A stretch of DNA of 52,384 nt from a virus. Taxonomy: Duplodnaviria; Caudoviricetes. The notes below the pieces were generated by a model. That model had not been told where the DNA came from and made no database searches. It saw only the letters and a program-made list of their open reading frames with translations. Location: the IMG/VR virus record IMGVR_UViG_3300044998_000632, positions 1-52,384 of that record; one strand, written 5' to 3'. This document shows, piece by piece, positions 37,469 to 46,009 of the stretch (its first letter is position 1; every line of letters starts with the position of its first letter). Position numbers and translations under genes: made by a program.

Positions 37469-39363
37469 CAGGCTTCTCCGTAACTTGCCCCCGCGCCGAT
37501 GTCGCACTTCAGCGGCATCGCTCCGAGCCACTCGGGCGCGGTGAGCATTGCTTTGCGCCCGAAGTCTACTGCTTCCTCGCGGTCACGTTCCGGCGCGATG
37601 AAAGCGATTTCGTCGTAGGTTGACGTCACGACCTCGTAGCGCTGAGCGATCTTGACCTTCTGCCACATCACGACATCACGCGCGATTGCCTGAATGAGGT
37701 TCTCCGTGAAGAGCCCCGGATGCACAAACACGCGGCGCGTGGCGCGGCGCTGCTTGCGCTCGTAGACGAACGCTGCCTGCGACTCGTCCGACCCCGGGCG
37801 TTTCACCATCTCCACGTGCAGTCCTGGGTAGCGCAAGAACCGACCCGAAGGAAGGCGCACGGTTTTCTCGTCCGCGTCCGACTGCAGCCAATCGCCGCGA
37901 CCGAAATGGAAGGACTGCCCCGTCACCATGCCTTGCAATACCAGTTTCGCGACCTTCCAGAAGTTGGCGATGAACGGGTAGCGAGCGCGGTACGCAGTGA
38001 TCACCTGCTGCGCCTCTTCCGTGGTCAGCATGAGCCCCGCTTCGATCCGCACGTACTCGCGAAAGCGCGCTGCGCCCATCATGAAACCACAGCCGAGCAC
38101 GGCGCTCTTGGCCACCTGTCGCTGCCGGGCGTCAACGGCATCGAGATCCACATGGTAGATGCTCTCGGCGGCGAACTCACGGTACACGTCACGCCCCGCA
38201 GCGAACGCAGCGATGAGGTCGTCCTGCCCTGCGTTCCATGCATTCAAGCGTGCTTCGATCTGCCCGGAGTCTCCCGCGACCACGACGTAACCGGGCGGGG
38301 CACGCAAGGCTTTCTTCAGCACGGGTTCACGCTTGCGCGCCGACAGGTTGAGCACGTTCATGGACATCGTGCCGGTCCCGCGACCGGTGTGCGCTCCGTG
38401 GTAGCGCTGGGGCATCGGCATCAAGCCGCCCATGCGCTTGGCGGTGTCGAGGAACCGATGCGTGCGCGTCAGTTCGATGGTCGACTTGACCCCAAGGCGC
38501 GCGGCCGCGAGCGCGGCAACATCCTCATCGTCGTGTTCCAGCAACTCCTTCATGCCTTGGTCTGACTTCGCGAAGGCGTAGATGAGCTTCTCTGGATGCG
38601 TCGGGCTTGGCTTGGTCGGCGGATCGACGCCGAGTCCACGCAGTAGCTCGGCAAACCGATCCGACGAAGACAGGTCTTCCGATTTGACCCCGAGCGCCGC
38701 CAGCCGCGTCTCGCCCTCGGACTCCAACCGTGCTGCGTACTGCGTCAGCAGGTCTTCATCGAGCACGAGGCGTGGACGGGCCAAGCACTTCGTCAGCAGG
38801 TCCATGATCCTCCACTCAATTGGCGGCACGCCCTCGGCCATCCGCATGAGCAGGTCATAGCATCGGTCAACGTCATTGAGGCAGTACGCTCCGTAGCGCG
38901 CCAGCCCAGCCGCATCGAAATCGATGCGACGCTTGCCCTTGGCGTAAATGACTTCGTCCCCTTTCGGAGGCAGGCCGAAGTGGGTACACAGCGCGGCCAA
39001 GGAACCCCCAGCAAGGTCGGACAGACCGCGCAGGCGCGCAAGCTGCAAGGTACAGATGTACTGCTTGGGCACCAGCCCCAGCCGCCAGATGATGAGCGCG
39101 TCGAACTCGCTCATGTTGTGGCCGGCAGCCGCAAGTTGACTGATCCCCGCATCAGTCAAGCATGCAGCGTACTCCTGCTCCGACGCGAACGAGTACCACT
39201 GCGCAAGGTAGTCGTCGCGCTTGATGCCGACCCCGATGATCTCGAAGCGAGGATCGAAGACGTACTCGATCGCGGACATCCGCGACAGGCTGTACTCATC
39301 GTCGTAGTAGGTCTCGAAGTCAATCGTCAGGATTCCCATTGGTTCCTTCTTTCCTGCGAACAA
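37468..39363 (-). CDS. DNA polymerase family A with 3'-5' exonuclease domain
   Basis: TIDFET, HN-EFD, motif A DSGQIEAR, motif B RQVAKSAVLGCGF, ENLIQAIARD and motif C TYDE. Confidence 0.9.
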   Translation of the reverse strand: MFAGKKEPMGILTIDFETYYDDEYSLSRMSAIEYVFDPRFEIIGVGIKRDDYLAQWYSFASEQEYAACLTDAGISQLAAAGHNMSEFDALIIWRLGLVPKQYICTLQLARLRGLSDLAGGSLAALCTHFGLPPKGDEVIYAKGKRRIDFDAAGLARYGAYCLNDVDRCYDLLMRMAEGVPPIEWRIMDLLTKCLARPRLVLDEDLLTQYAARLESEGETRLAALGVKSEDLSSSDRFAELLRGLGVDPPTKPSPTHPEKLIYAFAKSDQGMKELLEHDDEDVAALAAARLGVKSTIELTRTHRFLDTAKRMGGLMPMPQRYHGAHTGRGTGTMSMNVLNLSARKREPVLKKALRAPPGYVVVAGDSGQIEARLNAWNAGQDDLIAAFAAGRDVYREFAAESIYHVDLDAVDARQRQVAKSAVLGCGFMMGAARFREYVRIEAGLMLTTEEAQQVITAYRARYPFIANFWKVAKLVLQGMVTGQSFHFGRGDWLQSDADEKTVRLPSGRFLRYPGLHVEMVKRPGSDESQAAFVYERKQRRATRRVFVHPGLFTENLIQAIARDVVMWQKVKIAQRYEVVTSTYDEIAFIAPERDREEAVDFGRKAMLTAPEWLGAMPLKCDIGAGASYGEA

Positions 39364-39449
39364 GCTGGACCGTCACGGTCCGTTCACGAAAACTCGCCGA
39401 GGATGTAGTCCCACGGTCCCTCGCCGTGCCGGCGCCGCTTAAGCTGGCG

Positions 39450-39998
39450 TTAGGCCGCTTCAAAATTTTGCCTTGCGGTCGCCAGCGTGATGTCGCCTTT
39501 GCCATTGTGGTACACGCAGCAGTCGTCGGGCCACCCGAGGTCTTCGCTGCCGCTGCCAACTGCAACCGTCGGCTCCTCCCAGCGCTCAATCTCGCGCACA
39601 AGTTTTTCGGCAGCATCTTGGCTTTCGGCCAGCACGTAGCCCGCGCGCACCACCGGCTCGCCCAGGAACGTCGGCGAATCGCTGGCCGATCGGCAGGTGA
39701 TGGAGATGGGCGGTAGGGCGCGCGTGCCATAGATTGCGTTAGGCTCACGAAAACGCAGCGTCCGCTCGCCCGTTCGATCCATCTCCACCAAGCCATTGCG
39801 CAACAGCCACGCAATCACCTTGCTCGGGTCGAAGTAGTAGGTTCGTTCCACGATCCCCGCGCGCTCTATCTCGTTCAGCAGCTCACCGCGAGGAAAGCCG
39901 CGCGGCAATCCGCCCTTTGGCACTGTCAGCACCACGCCGACAGTCCCTGGCTCGGCCAGTGCGCGGACCGCTGTGGCGGCAAGTTCAAGCGGTTTCAT
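39450..39998 (-). CDS. Hypothetical protein
   Basis: ORF on the coding strand of the early region; RBS GGAG upstream. Confidence 0.45.
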   Translation of the reverse strand: MKPLELAATAVRALAEPGTVGVVLTVPKGGLPRGFPRGELLNEIERAGIVERTYYFDPSKVIAWLLRNGLVEMDRTGERTLRFREPNAIYGTRALPPISITCRSASDSPTFLGEPVVRAGYVLAESQDAAEKLVREIERWEEPTVAVGSGSEDLGWPDDCCVYHNGKGDITLATARQNFEAA

Positions 39999-40016
39999 CG
40001 CATCTCCATCGTGAGC

Positions 40017-40322
40017 CTAACTGTCGCTTGCAGCGGACGGCCTTCGGTCGCCGCTGAAGCTGGCGTTGTGCCGCTTCATTGCTTCGTCAACTGCGTCGCG
40101 CAACGTGCGGCCCGTGATCGGCCGGCCGGTCAGCGTGTCATGCCACACCTGCACAAGGTTGTCCGGGTCAGCAACCATGTCCACGAACAAGGCTTTCTCC
40201 GCGAGCCACCGGAACCGCCGTGCGTCGTCGATGCAGTCGCGCAGGATTTGCGCGTGCTCGCCGTGTCCGTCCTGCGCAAGTCTGCGCGCCAACTTCATCA
40301 GCTCGTGGGCGTTGGCGTTCAT
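40017..40322 (-). CDS. Hypothetical phage protein (DARRFRWL motif)
   Basis: D-RR-RWL and LRDAVDEAM motifs are common in small phage early proteins; ATGA coupling. Confidence 0.55.
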   Translation of the reverse strand: MNANAHELMKLARRLAQDGHGEHAQILRDCIDDARRFRWLAEKALFVDMVADPDNLVQVWHDTLTGRPITGRTLRDAVDEAMKRHNASFSGDRRPSAASDS

Positions 40323-40444
40323 CTCCATCCTCCGTTCCCCTTCATCGCGTGCCACATCAACCACGTCAGCACTCCCAGCGCCATCAACGCCGGAATCGCC
40401 GCTATCGCCAGCAGCACGTACAACAGGTTCAATAAGCAGTCCAT
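40319..40444 (-). CDS. 41-aa transmembrane peptide (not in ORF track)
   Basis: MDCLLNLLYVLLAIAAIPALMALGVLTWLMWHAMKGNGGWR, with RBS GAGGTG. Confidence 0.55.
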   Translation of the reverse strand: MDCLLNLLYVLLAIAAIPALMALGVLTWLMWHAMKGNGGWR

Positions 40445-40537
40445 ACGTCACCTCGTCGCTCTGCACGCGAGAGGCGTGCGCCCATGTGGCCAAAACGGAT
40501 CGCGCTGTAAAGCGCATCTTTCCGCCTACCATCTCCG

Positions 40538-40879
40538 TTACTCTCGTTGCAGTGATGCTTCTCGGCACGCGCGGCGGTACTCATCGAGCAGCGCGTGGCC
40601 ATCTTCCCACGTCCCGGGCCGGTCAAGCAGGGCGCACTCCAGCATGATCGCCAGGCGGTGCGCGTAGGCGCTGCCGACCTCGTGAAGGGCGAGGGCTTCG
40701 CGCAGCTCGGCGATCTCTTGCTCGGCTTCCGCAAGGCGATCGTCGTCGCCACGGCATGATGCAAAGCCGCGCGCCACTGCAAGCTCGCGCTCCACGAATC
40801 CGCCGCCGCTGGTCGGACTGCTGCTGCGCACTTCGGCGCATGGGGCCATTACCGGGGGCTGGCGCGAGGTGGCGCTCAT
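40538..40879 (-). CDS. Hypothetical protein
   Basis: ATGA-coupled ORF. Confidence 0.5.
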   Translation of the reverse strand: MSATSRQPPVMAPCAEVRSSSPTSGGGFVERELAVARGFASCRGDDDRLAEAEQEIAELREALALHEVGSAYAHRLAIMLECALLDRPGTWEDGHALLDEYRRACREASLQRE

Positions 40880-41283
40880 GGCTTCGCCTCGCGCAGCGCC
40901 TGCCGCAGGCGTTCAGCCGCCTTCTGGTGCCGCTCTAGCGCGGCCGCCATCGCCGCCTGCGTGTCCAGGCGGTGCTGGCCCCACTGCGCTTTTCGCTCAG
41001 CCAACAGCTCGGCGCTGTCCTCCAGGCAGTACTCCAAGGCTTCCAAGACGGCTTTGAGTTCACCGTCGTCGGCCATGGCAGCGGCAATCGCCGCTTCCAG
41101 GTCGGAGATGGTGTCATGCGAAAGGGTGCGTAACGCCTCGCCGCACTGGCAGCAGTACCTTGCATTGCGCTGCACGTCTGCGCCGCACCGAGGGCAGTTC
41201 ATGCCGCCGTTATCCGTCACGCTCCACCCGCGCTCGGCCAGCACGGCTGCAGCGCGACGGGCACGATCCGTAGGTTCAGTCAT
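40876..41283 (-). CDS. Zinc-ribbon protein
   Basis: CPRCG...YCCQCG. Confidence 0.6.
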   Translation of the reverse strand: MTEPTDRARRAAAVLAERGWSVTDNGGMNCPRCGADVQRNARYCCQCGEALRTLSHDTISDLEAAIAAAMADDGELKAVLEALEYCLEDSAELLAERKAQWGQHRLDTQAAMAAALERHQKAAERLRQALREAKP

Positions 41284-41522
41284 GTTCTGCTCCGCTTCGG
41301 CCACCAATCAGCCCGTTCGCGCCACTGAATCGTGTCCTGCCGCGCATTGGCGGCACGCAACGACGCCCACTGTGCGGCTTCATCGGCCGGGTTGTGAGCG
41401 AAAGCACATACGCTCCATCCACGTTCGCGGCTGTACCACCGCAAGGAGTACGTCCCTACAGGCCACCATCCCTCCGATGGCGGCGGCCCGCTCCGCAGCG
41501 GTCCTTTTCCGATGTCTTTCAT
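41280..41522 (-). CDS. Trp-rich hypothetical protein
   Basis: SGPPPSEGWWP..LRWY..GWS..IQWR, with RBS AAGGAG. Confidence 0.55.
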   Translation of the reverse strand: MKDIGKGPLRSGPPPSEGWWPVGTYSLRWYSRERGWSVCAFAHNPADEAAQWASLRAANARQDTIQWRERADWWPKRSRT

Positions 41523-41527
41523 ATGCC

Positions 41528-41806
41528 CTACTCCTTGCAGTCTTGTGGCGCCATGCGCACGATATTCGGGCCAGCACCGTAGACGTTGACGAGCCGTCCT
41601 TGTCTTTCGATCCGCTTGCTCAGCAGGCCGGCCAGCACCGCCAGTTCCAGAATCGCGGTCACGCTCTGGCGAGCGATGTCGAATTTGATGGTGATGTCCG
41701 CAGACGTCAGTTCTTCGTCCGGGTTCTCGGCAAAGAACCGGCAGACGTGCAGTGGGATACCGCGTGGCACGTACTCCTCGATTGGCTTGATGCGTGGTCT
41801 TGGCAT
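41528..41806 (-). CDS. Winged-helix-like DNA-binding protein
   Basis: FFAENPDEELTSADITIKFDIARQSVTAILELAVLAGLL..VYGAG. Confidence 0.55.
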   Translation of the reverse strand: MPRPRIKPIEEYVPRGIPLHVCRFFAENPDEELTSADITIKFDIARQSVTAILELAVLAGLLSKRIERQGRLVNVYGAGPNIVRMAPQDCKE

Positions 41807-41821
41807 TTTTGGTCAGGTCCC

Positions 41822-42079
41822 CTATAAAACTACGAACGTCATCAGTAGCGCCAGGAACGACGCCACGGCGGCCAAGAAGGCCACTGCCGCCGCGGCCATC
41901 GCCATGTCGACGATGGTCCAAGTGCGTTCGAGCCGCGCTCGCTCGGCCGCAGTCAGTTGCGGCCGAGCCGGACAGACACGGCCCTGCAGGCAGTTGCCAT
42001 TGCACGGTGGGCACTGCAGGGTGTCCAGGTCGCCCGGTGCCGTCTCCATGGCATCAGGGCGGGTGTTGCGCCACGTCAT
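41822..42079 (-). CDS. Small Cys-rich membrane protein
   Basis: CPPCNGNCLQGRVCPAR plus a C-terminal TM segment. Confidence 0.55.
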   Translation of the reverse strand: MTWRNTRPDAMETAPGDLDTLQCPPCNGNCLQGRVCPARPQLTAAERARLERTWTIVDMAMAAAAVAFLAAVASFLALLMTFVVL

Positions 42080-42264
42080 AGCAACGCCTCCGCCCAAGCC
42101 CGACGCGCCTCGTCGGCGGCGCGCTTCAAGCGCTCGCGCTCAAGGCGCTCCAGCGCGCGGCGCTGCTCCTCAAGGCGCCGCATCTGCAGGTCGGTCAAGG
42201 TGCCGAACGGCCATCCGTCCGGGGTTGTGTCGTCGCGAATGCCGTTGGGGCTGTAGCCGGTCAT
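42076..42264 (-). CDS. Hypothetical protein
   Basis: WPFGTLT motif, coiled coil and ATGA coupling. Confidence 0.5.
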   Translation of the reverse strand: MTGYSPNGIRDDTTPDGWPFGTLTDLQMRRLEEQRRALERLERERLKRAADEARRAWAEALL

Positions 42265-42476
42265 ACGGCCTCCTTCCCCGCACGCTGCGACGCCACGGCG
42301 GCAGTCAGGCTGGCGATCAATCGCTCGGCCTGCTCGATCGACAGCATGGCCCGCAGGCCGCCGCCCTCGACGTCCAACGCGATCCACACCTGTCGGTGGC
42401 CTTCGTCCCGGTCGAGGGTGTAGACCAACACCGTCGGGCCGAACTGGGACTCGATTTTCGGGAAGTTGTTGAGCAA
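42261..42476 (-). CDS. Hypothetical protein (probable TTG start)
   Basis: RBS AAAGGAGAG just upstream of TTG at 42476. Confidence 0.45.
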   Translation of the reverse strand: MLNNFPKIESQFGPTVLVYTLDRDEGHRQVWIALDVEGGGLRAMLSIEQAERLIASLTAAVASQRAGKEAV

Positions 42477-42492
42477 GATGACTCTCCTTTGA

Positions 42493-42864
42493 TCAAACCG
42501 CCGGCACAAATCCGGCGTGACGGAATACGGCAATCTTCCGAACTGATCCGTCCGGCTGCGTCTGTTCCTCCGTCTCGCGGACGGAGAACGCAAACAGCGG
42601 TTCGACGCCTCGCTGCCGCAACGCAGCGGCAAGCGGTGCCATCAACCAAGGCGCTCCGCCGATCATCGCGCGCTTGATTCTTACGGCCGCCGCCACCTCC
42701 GCGATCTGCTCGGCGCGGTCGCGGATCGTCTCCGGGCTGGGGAGATCGAAGAACGTCAACAGCGTTTGCAGCTCGGCTTGAGCTTCATCGGACGGGTCAA
42801 TGACCCCCGCAGCCAGTTGTTCTGCGGTTGCGGCGTGTTGGGTGAGGTTGAGGATCCGAATCAT
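42493..42864 (-). CDS. Csx20-like CARF-related protein; candidate viral ring nuclease
   Basis: ILNLTQH-AT-EQ..GV-D..ELQ-L..AMIGG..G-EPLFAFS-R..E..DG..K..F-H-GF parallels the Csx20 motif order as recalled; no search was run. Confidence 0.6.
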   Translation of the reverse strand: MIRILNLTQHAATAEQLAAGVIDPSDEAQAELQTLLTFFDLPSPETIRDRAEQIAEVAAAVRIKRAMIGGAPWLMAPLAAALRQRGVEPLFAFSVRETEEQTQPDGSVRKIAVFRHAGFVPAV

Positions 42865-42898
42865 TCGTCGTTACTTTCTTCTCTCTTAGATTGAGGAA

Positions 42899-42925
42899 AT
42901 CACGGGGTCACCGTGACCCCGTGAT
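42899..42925. repeat. Palindrome copy 2
   Basis: ATCACGGGGTCAC-C-GTGACCCCGTGAT. Confidence 0.95.
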
Positions 42926-42928
42926 AGA

Positions 42929-43213
42929 TTACTTGGCCATGCGACGCTTGATGCTGTCCATCGTTCGGACAGCGTTGGCGATCCGCTCGTCGGGGATGCG
43001 CTTGCTCAAGCGAGTGAGCATGCGGTGGATGCTGAACGCGATGTCCTCCCAGCCCGAGAGCTGGGCTTCGTAGCGGAACTCCGCTTCGAGCTGCTCGCGT
43101 ATCAGCGCCTGCCGGTCCACGAGGAGCTGTGCAATGGCCGCCGCGGCTTCATGGGCCAGCGGGTCGTCTATGCGCAACAAGGTTGCGAGGACCCGGTCAG
43201 GATCGACCGACAT
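42929..43213 (-). CDS. Hypothetical helical protein
   Basis: ORF tiles after the stop at 43218; the start choice is uncertain. Confidence 0.5.
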   Translation of the reverse strand: MSVDPDRVLATLLRIDDPLAHEAAAAIAQLLVDRQALIREQLEAEFRYEAQLSGWEDIAFSIHRMLTRLSKRIPDERIANAVRTMDSIKRRMAK

Positions 43214-43217
43214 CGCA

Positions 43218-43472
43218 CTACTCGGATGGGTCAAGGGCAACCGATTGACGCCCGACAGCGCGGGCGGGAGCGGGTGCCTTGGGGGTTTCGGCGACTTGCT
43301 TGGCTTCTTGCGCGACATTGGCTCCTTCCTGATGATCTTCGTAGGGGTTGATGCCGAGCAGCCGGCAAACGTGCTCGCACGCGCCGCCGATCTCCCCGGT
43401 CGGGGGTACGTCGTCGCGGTCGAGCCCCAACGCGTTGCGAATGCCGTTGTACACGGCTTGCATCTTCTGCAT
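43218..43472 (-). CDS. Hypothetical protein
   Basis: TAATG coupling and RBS CAGGAG. Confidence 0.5.
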   Translation of the reverse strand: MQKMQAVYNGIRNALGLDRDDVPPTGEIGGACEHVCRLLGINPYEDHQEGANVAQEAKQVAETPKAPAPARAVGRQSVALDPSE

Positions 43473-43702
43473 TACGTTCTCCTGAACAGTCCAGCCAGCC
43501 AGTTGATGAACCGCGGCACCGCAGGCTGGCGATTGCGGCGCGGCAGGAGCAGCGCACGCTGCACCGCGTGTTCGTCTGCATCCATGGGGGCGCACCGCGC
43601 GGCGAACGTCCGATCGTCGTTGCGACGCTCGTACCACGCGGGTTCGAACCTACACCCGATGCGCACCGGCACCAAGGGCTTCACTTCTCCGTGAGCAGGC
43701 AT
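43472..43702 (-). CDS. Hypothetical protein
   Basis: RBS AAGGA; tiles with its neighbours. Confidence 0.5.
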   Translation of the reverse strand: MPAHGEVKPLVPVRIGCRFEPAWYERRNDDRTFAARCAPMDADEHAVQRALLLPRRNRQPAVPRFINWLAGLFRRT

Positions 43703-44016
43703 GGGGATTCCTTCAGCTCGTTGTCAATCTGATCGAGCAGTCGCCCGACCTCCGTGACCTTGGCCAGCCCGCACACGACCAAGGCGTCTCCCTTGGCTGC
43801 GCGGATGGCCGCGATCTCACGGTCCTGCAGCGCCGTCGTGGTGTTGCCTTCAGCCTTGCATTCGATGCCGATGAAGCGGCCGCGATAGCAGACGAGGAAA
43901 TCCGGCACCCCGCTACGACCGTATCCAGCGGTGGCCGGGTAGCAGTACCACGCATTGCGGGCTGTCAGCACGGCGGCTACAGCGTTCTTCACACGCCGTT
44001 CGGGAGTGATGCTCAT
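43681..44016 (-). CDS. VRR-NUC domain nuclease/resolvase
   Basis: TPE-RVK, GYGRSGVPDFL, FIGIECKA and TALQ. Confidence 0.85.
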   Translation of the reverse strand: MSITPERRVKNAVAAVLTARNAWYCYPATAGYGRSGVPDFLVCYRGRFIGIECKAEGNTTTALQDREIAAIRAAKGDALVVCGLAKVTEVGRLLDQIDNELKESPCLLTEK

Positions 44017-44603
44017 GCGGCCCTCCAGATGTAGAAGCCCGTACCCTGCGGCCCACGTTCGACATGTCGCTGGACGATCCGTGCGTCCGGACCGGCAACC
44101 TCCCGCAATGTCGCTTGCAACCCAGCGAGCCCGGTACCACTGACGCGAGGCTTTCCAACGAACACTGCGTCACCTACCTGCATGCATGCTGCAATCTCCC
44201 TCAACTGTTTGGAAAAGACGTTGCTGCGCGTGGCGGGCGGGATCGGGAAGTTCTTGATAAGCGTGAGGCTTGTCGGGCGGCCCTGCTTCGGCGGGGGTGT
44301 GGCCGGCACGTTGCTGGACTGCCGGCTCAACGCGGCTTCCTGCAACGTCTCGTTCGCGGCGTAGAAGTAGCCGTACCGGGTCGTAGTCCCCGGGATCCTG
44401 AGGTGTACTCGTCCGATCACTCCGCGCTGAAGCGCGGATTGCAGCACGACGTGCGGGTTGTAATTCGGCGGCAGGCTCAGCGCCTTCCACTCCGGCGAGG
44501 CCGCGATCTCCGACCACGGGATGGGCATTGAACGGTCCCGCCGCGACAGCACGGTCAGGATGGCGTTCTCGACGAGGGCGGCGGTGCGAATAGGTTGGTT
44601 CAT
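44013..44603 (-). CDS. Hypothetical, possibly DNA-binding protein
   Basis: IKNFPIPP..MQVGDAVFV..G-YIWR C-terminal domain; RBS GGAG. Confidence 0.55.
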   Translation of the reverse strand: MNQPIRTAALVENAILTVLSRRDRSMPIPWSEIAASPEWKALSLPPNYNPHVVLQSALQRGVIGRVHLRIPGTTTRYGYFYAANETLQEAALSRQSSNVPATPPPKQGRPTSLTLIKNFPIPPATRSNVFSKQLREIAACMQVGDAVFVGKPRVSGTGLAGLQATLREVAGPDARIVQRHVERGPQGTGFYIWRAA

Positions 44604-44622
44604 ATTGGCTGACTCCAGTAGG

Positions 44623-44964
44623 TCAGGGATTGGCGATATAGAACACGCGAGTTGCAACGATCCGGTCCGACGCGTCGCGTTCCGCGCTGGCTCCGTGCGA
44701 GACGATGACGTCGTCGCGGTGGATGTCGTGGGCCTGCATCGCCTCGGCAACGACAGGGTCTACGAGGTACAGCGTGTTCGCCTCCGGTGGAGGGAGTTCC
44801 GGACGGGCGTAATCCCGCTTGGCAATGGTGGCGTCTCCGATGAACTTGCCCGTGGGAGCAAGTTGTCGGTCACCGATAAGCCGCCACCCAGAAGGGCGGA
44901 TCGTCTCCAACTTCTCGCCATTGCGAAAGGCAATGGTGATGCCGGTTAGATTGATGATGTTCAT
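44623..44964 (-). CDS. Crn4/Unk01-like protein lacking the NLTPH histidine
   Basis: IINLT..I..I-PSG...Y..LPPP..NTLYLV..VA-A..R-D..V....RD...I pattern as recalled for this family; reads NLTGI instead of NLTPH. Confidence 0.5.
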   Translation of the reverse strand: MNIINLTGITIAFRNGEKLETIRPSGWRLIGDRQLAPTGKFIGDATIAKRDYARPELPPPEANTLYLVDPVVAEAMQAHDIHRDDVIVSHGASAERDASDRIVATRVFYIANP

Positions 44965-44965
44965 G

Positions 44966-45985
44966 TCAGTGTGCTTTCATGATGTTGCGAAGTTCCTGGA
45001 CCTCGGCGCTACCAGTTTCCTCGTCCGCGCCGTCGAGCGGGTCCTGCGCATTGTCGGCGCTGAGCGTATACCATTCGAGCAGGTCATCGAAGTCGCACAT
45101 GCCGGCTTCCAGGTACTCAATCGTCGCCGTCAACTCCACGAGTGCCTCGTCCGCAGACAGGTGTAACACCGGCAAGATGTCGAGCAATTCTTCCTCGGTG
45201 GCGTAGACCTGCAAGAAGCGACGCGCGGACGCATCCCCGTGCCGGCTGTAGTCCTCCACGAGGTCGAACAACTCCACGAGCTTCGCTGCCAGCTCCGTGT
45301 GGGCGCGGAACGAGTCACCCACGGCGTCGACGTCGGTCACGACGTTTTTCTTAGGCGGCGTCCATGACGGGAAGCCGGGTTCGTCGCTCCAATCGTGGAA
45401 GCTCATCCGACCCGAGCCGTACACACCCCACAGATGCGGAGTCCATGCGTAGGTGTTGCTGAACCAGCAACCGGGGAACATATCCGTCGTGACGCCAGCG
45501 CTCTCGTTGACCAACAGCAAGCCGTGCTCGGCGTGGATGAAGATGAAACGGTTCTGGCGGCCGATGTGTTCGCCGATCATCTGCCGGACCAACGGCTCAT
45601 GCACCACCGGTGCGACCGCCACTCCGTAGGTGCGGGCGTAGATCTGTGTGTCGGACTCCTTGGTGGTGTCGCCGCCAATCGACAGCACGCCGTTGTGCAT
45701 GAGGTAGAGCTTGCCGTCGTGAATGGCGTAGGGATGCACGCGCTCCAGGTCGACCGCGCCGTGCGTGCGCATGCGCCAGTGCAGTGCGTACTCGACCCCC
45801 CGCGGAGCGTGCTCCAGCCACCACAGACGGGCGGCGGCCGCATCGGCCGGCAGCGTCTTCTCGACGATGATCGTGCCGTCCTTCACGTAAGCGATGCCGA
45901 GACCGTCGGGGTTTTTGCGGAAGCAGTCCTCGAACCAGTCGGCAGGAAAGACGGTATCGGGGGCGACTTTGACGAGCAAACACAT
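44966..45985 (-). CDS. Class-II (Ntn) glutamine amidotransferase, copy 2
   Basis: Cys2 (MCLLV), NPDGLG, HWRMRTHG, VHPY, MHNGVL, SDT and WFSN. Confidence 0.85.
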   Translation of the reverse strand: MCLLVKVAPDTVFPADWFEDCFRKNPDGLGIAYVKDGTIIVEKTLPADAAAARLWWLEHAPRGVEYALHWRMRTHGAVDLERVHPYAIHDGKLYLMHNGVLSIGGDTTKESDTQIYARTYGVAVAPVVHEPLVRQMIGEHIGRQNRFIFIHAEHGLLLVNESAGVTTDMFPGCWFSNTYAWTPHLWGVYGSGRMSFHDWSDEPGFPSWTPPKKNVVTDVDAVGDSFRAHTELAAKLVELFDLVEDYSRHGDASARRFLQVYATEEELLDILPVLHLSADEALVELTATIEYLEAGMCDFDDLLEWYTLSADNAQDPLDGADEETGSAEVQELRNIMKAH

Positions 45986-46009
45986 GATCGATTCTCCTTC
46001 TTGGTTGAG

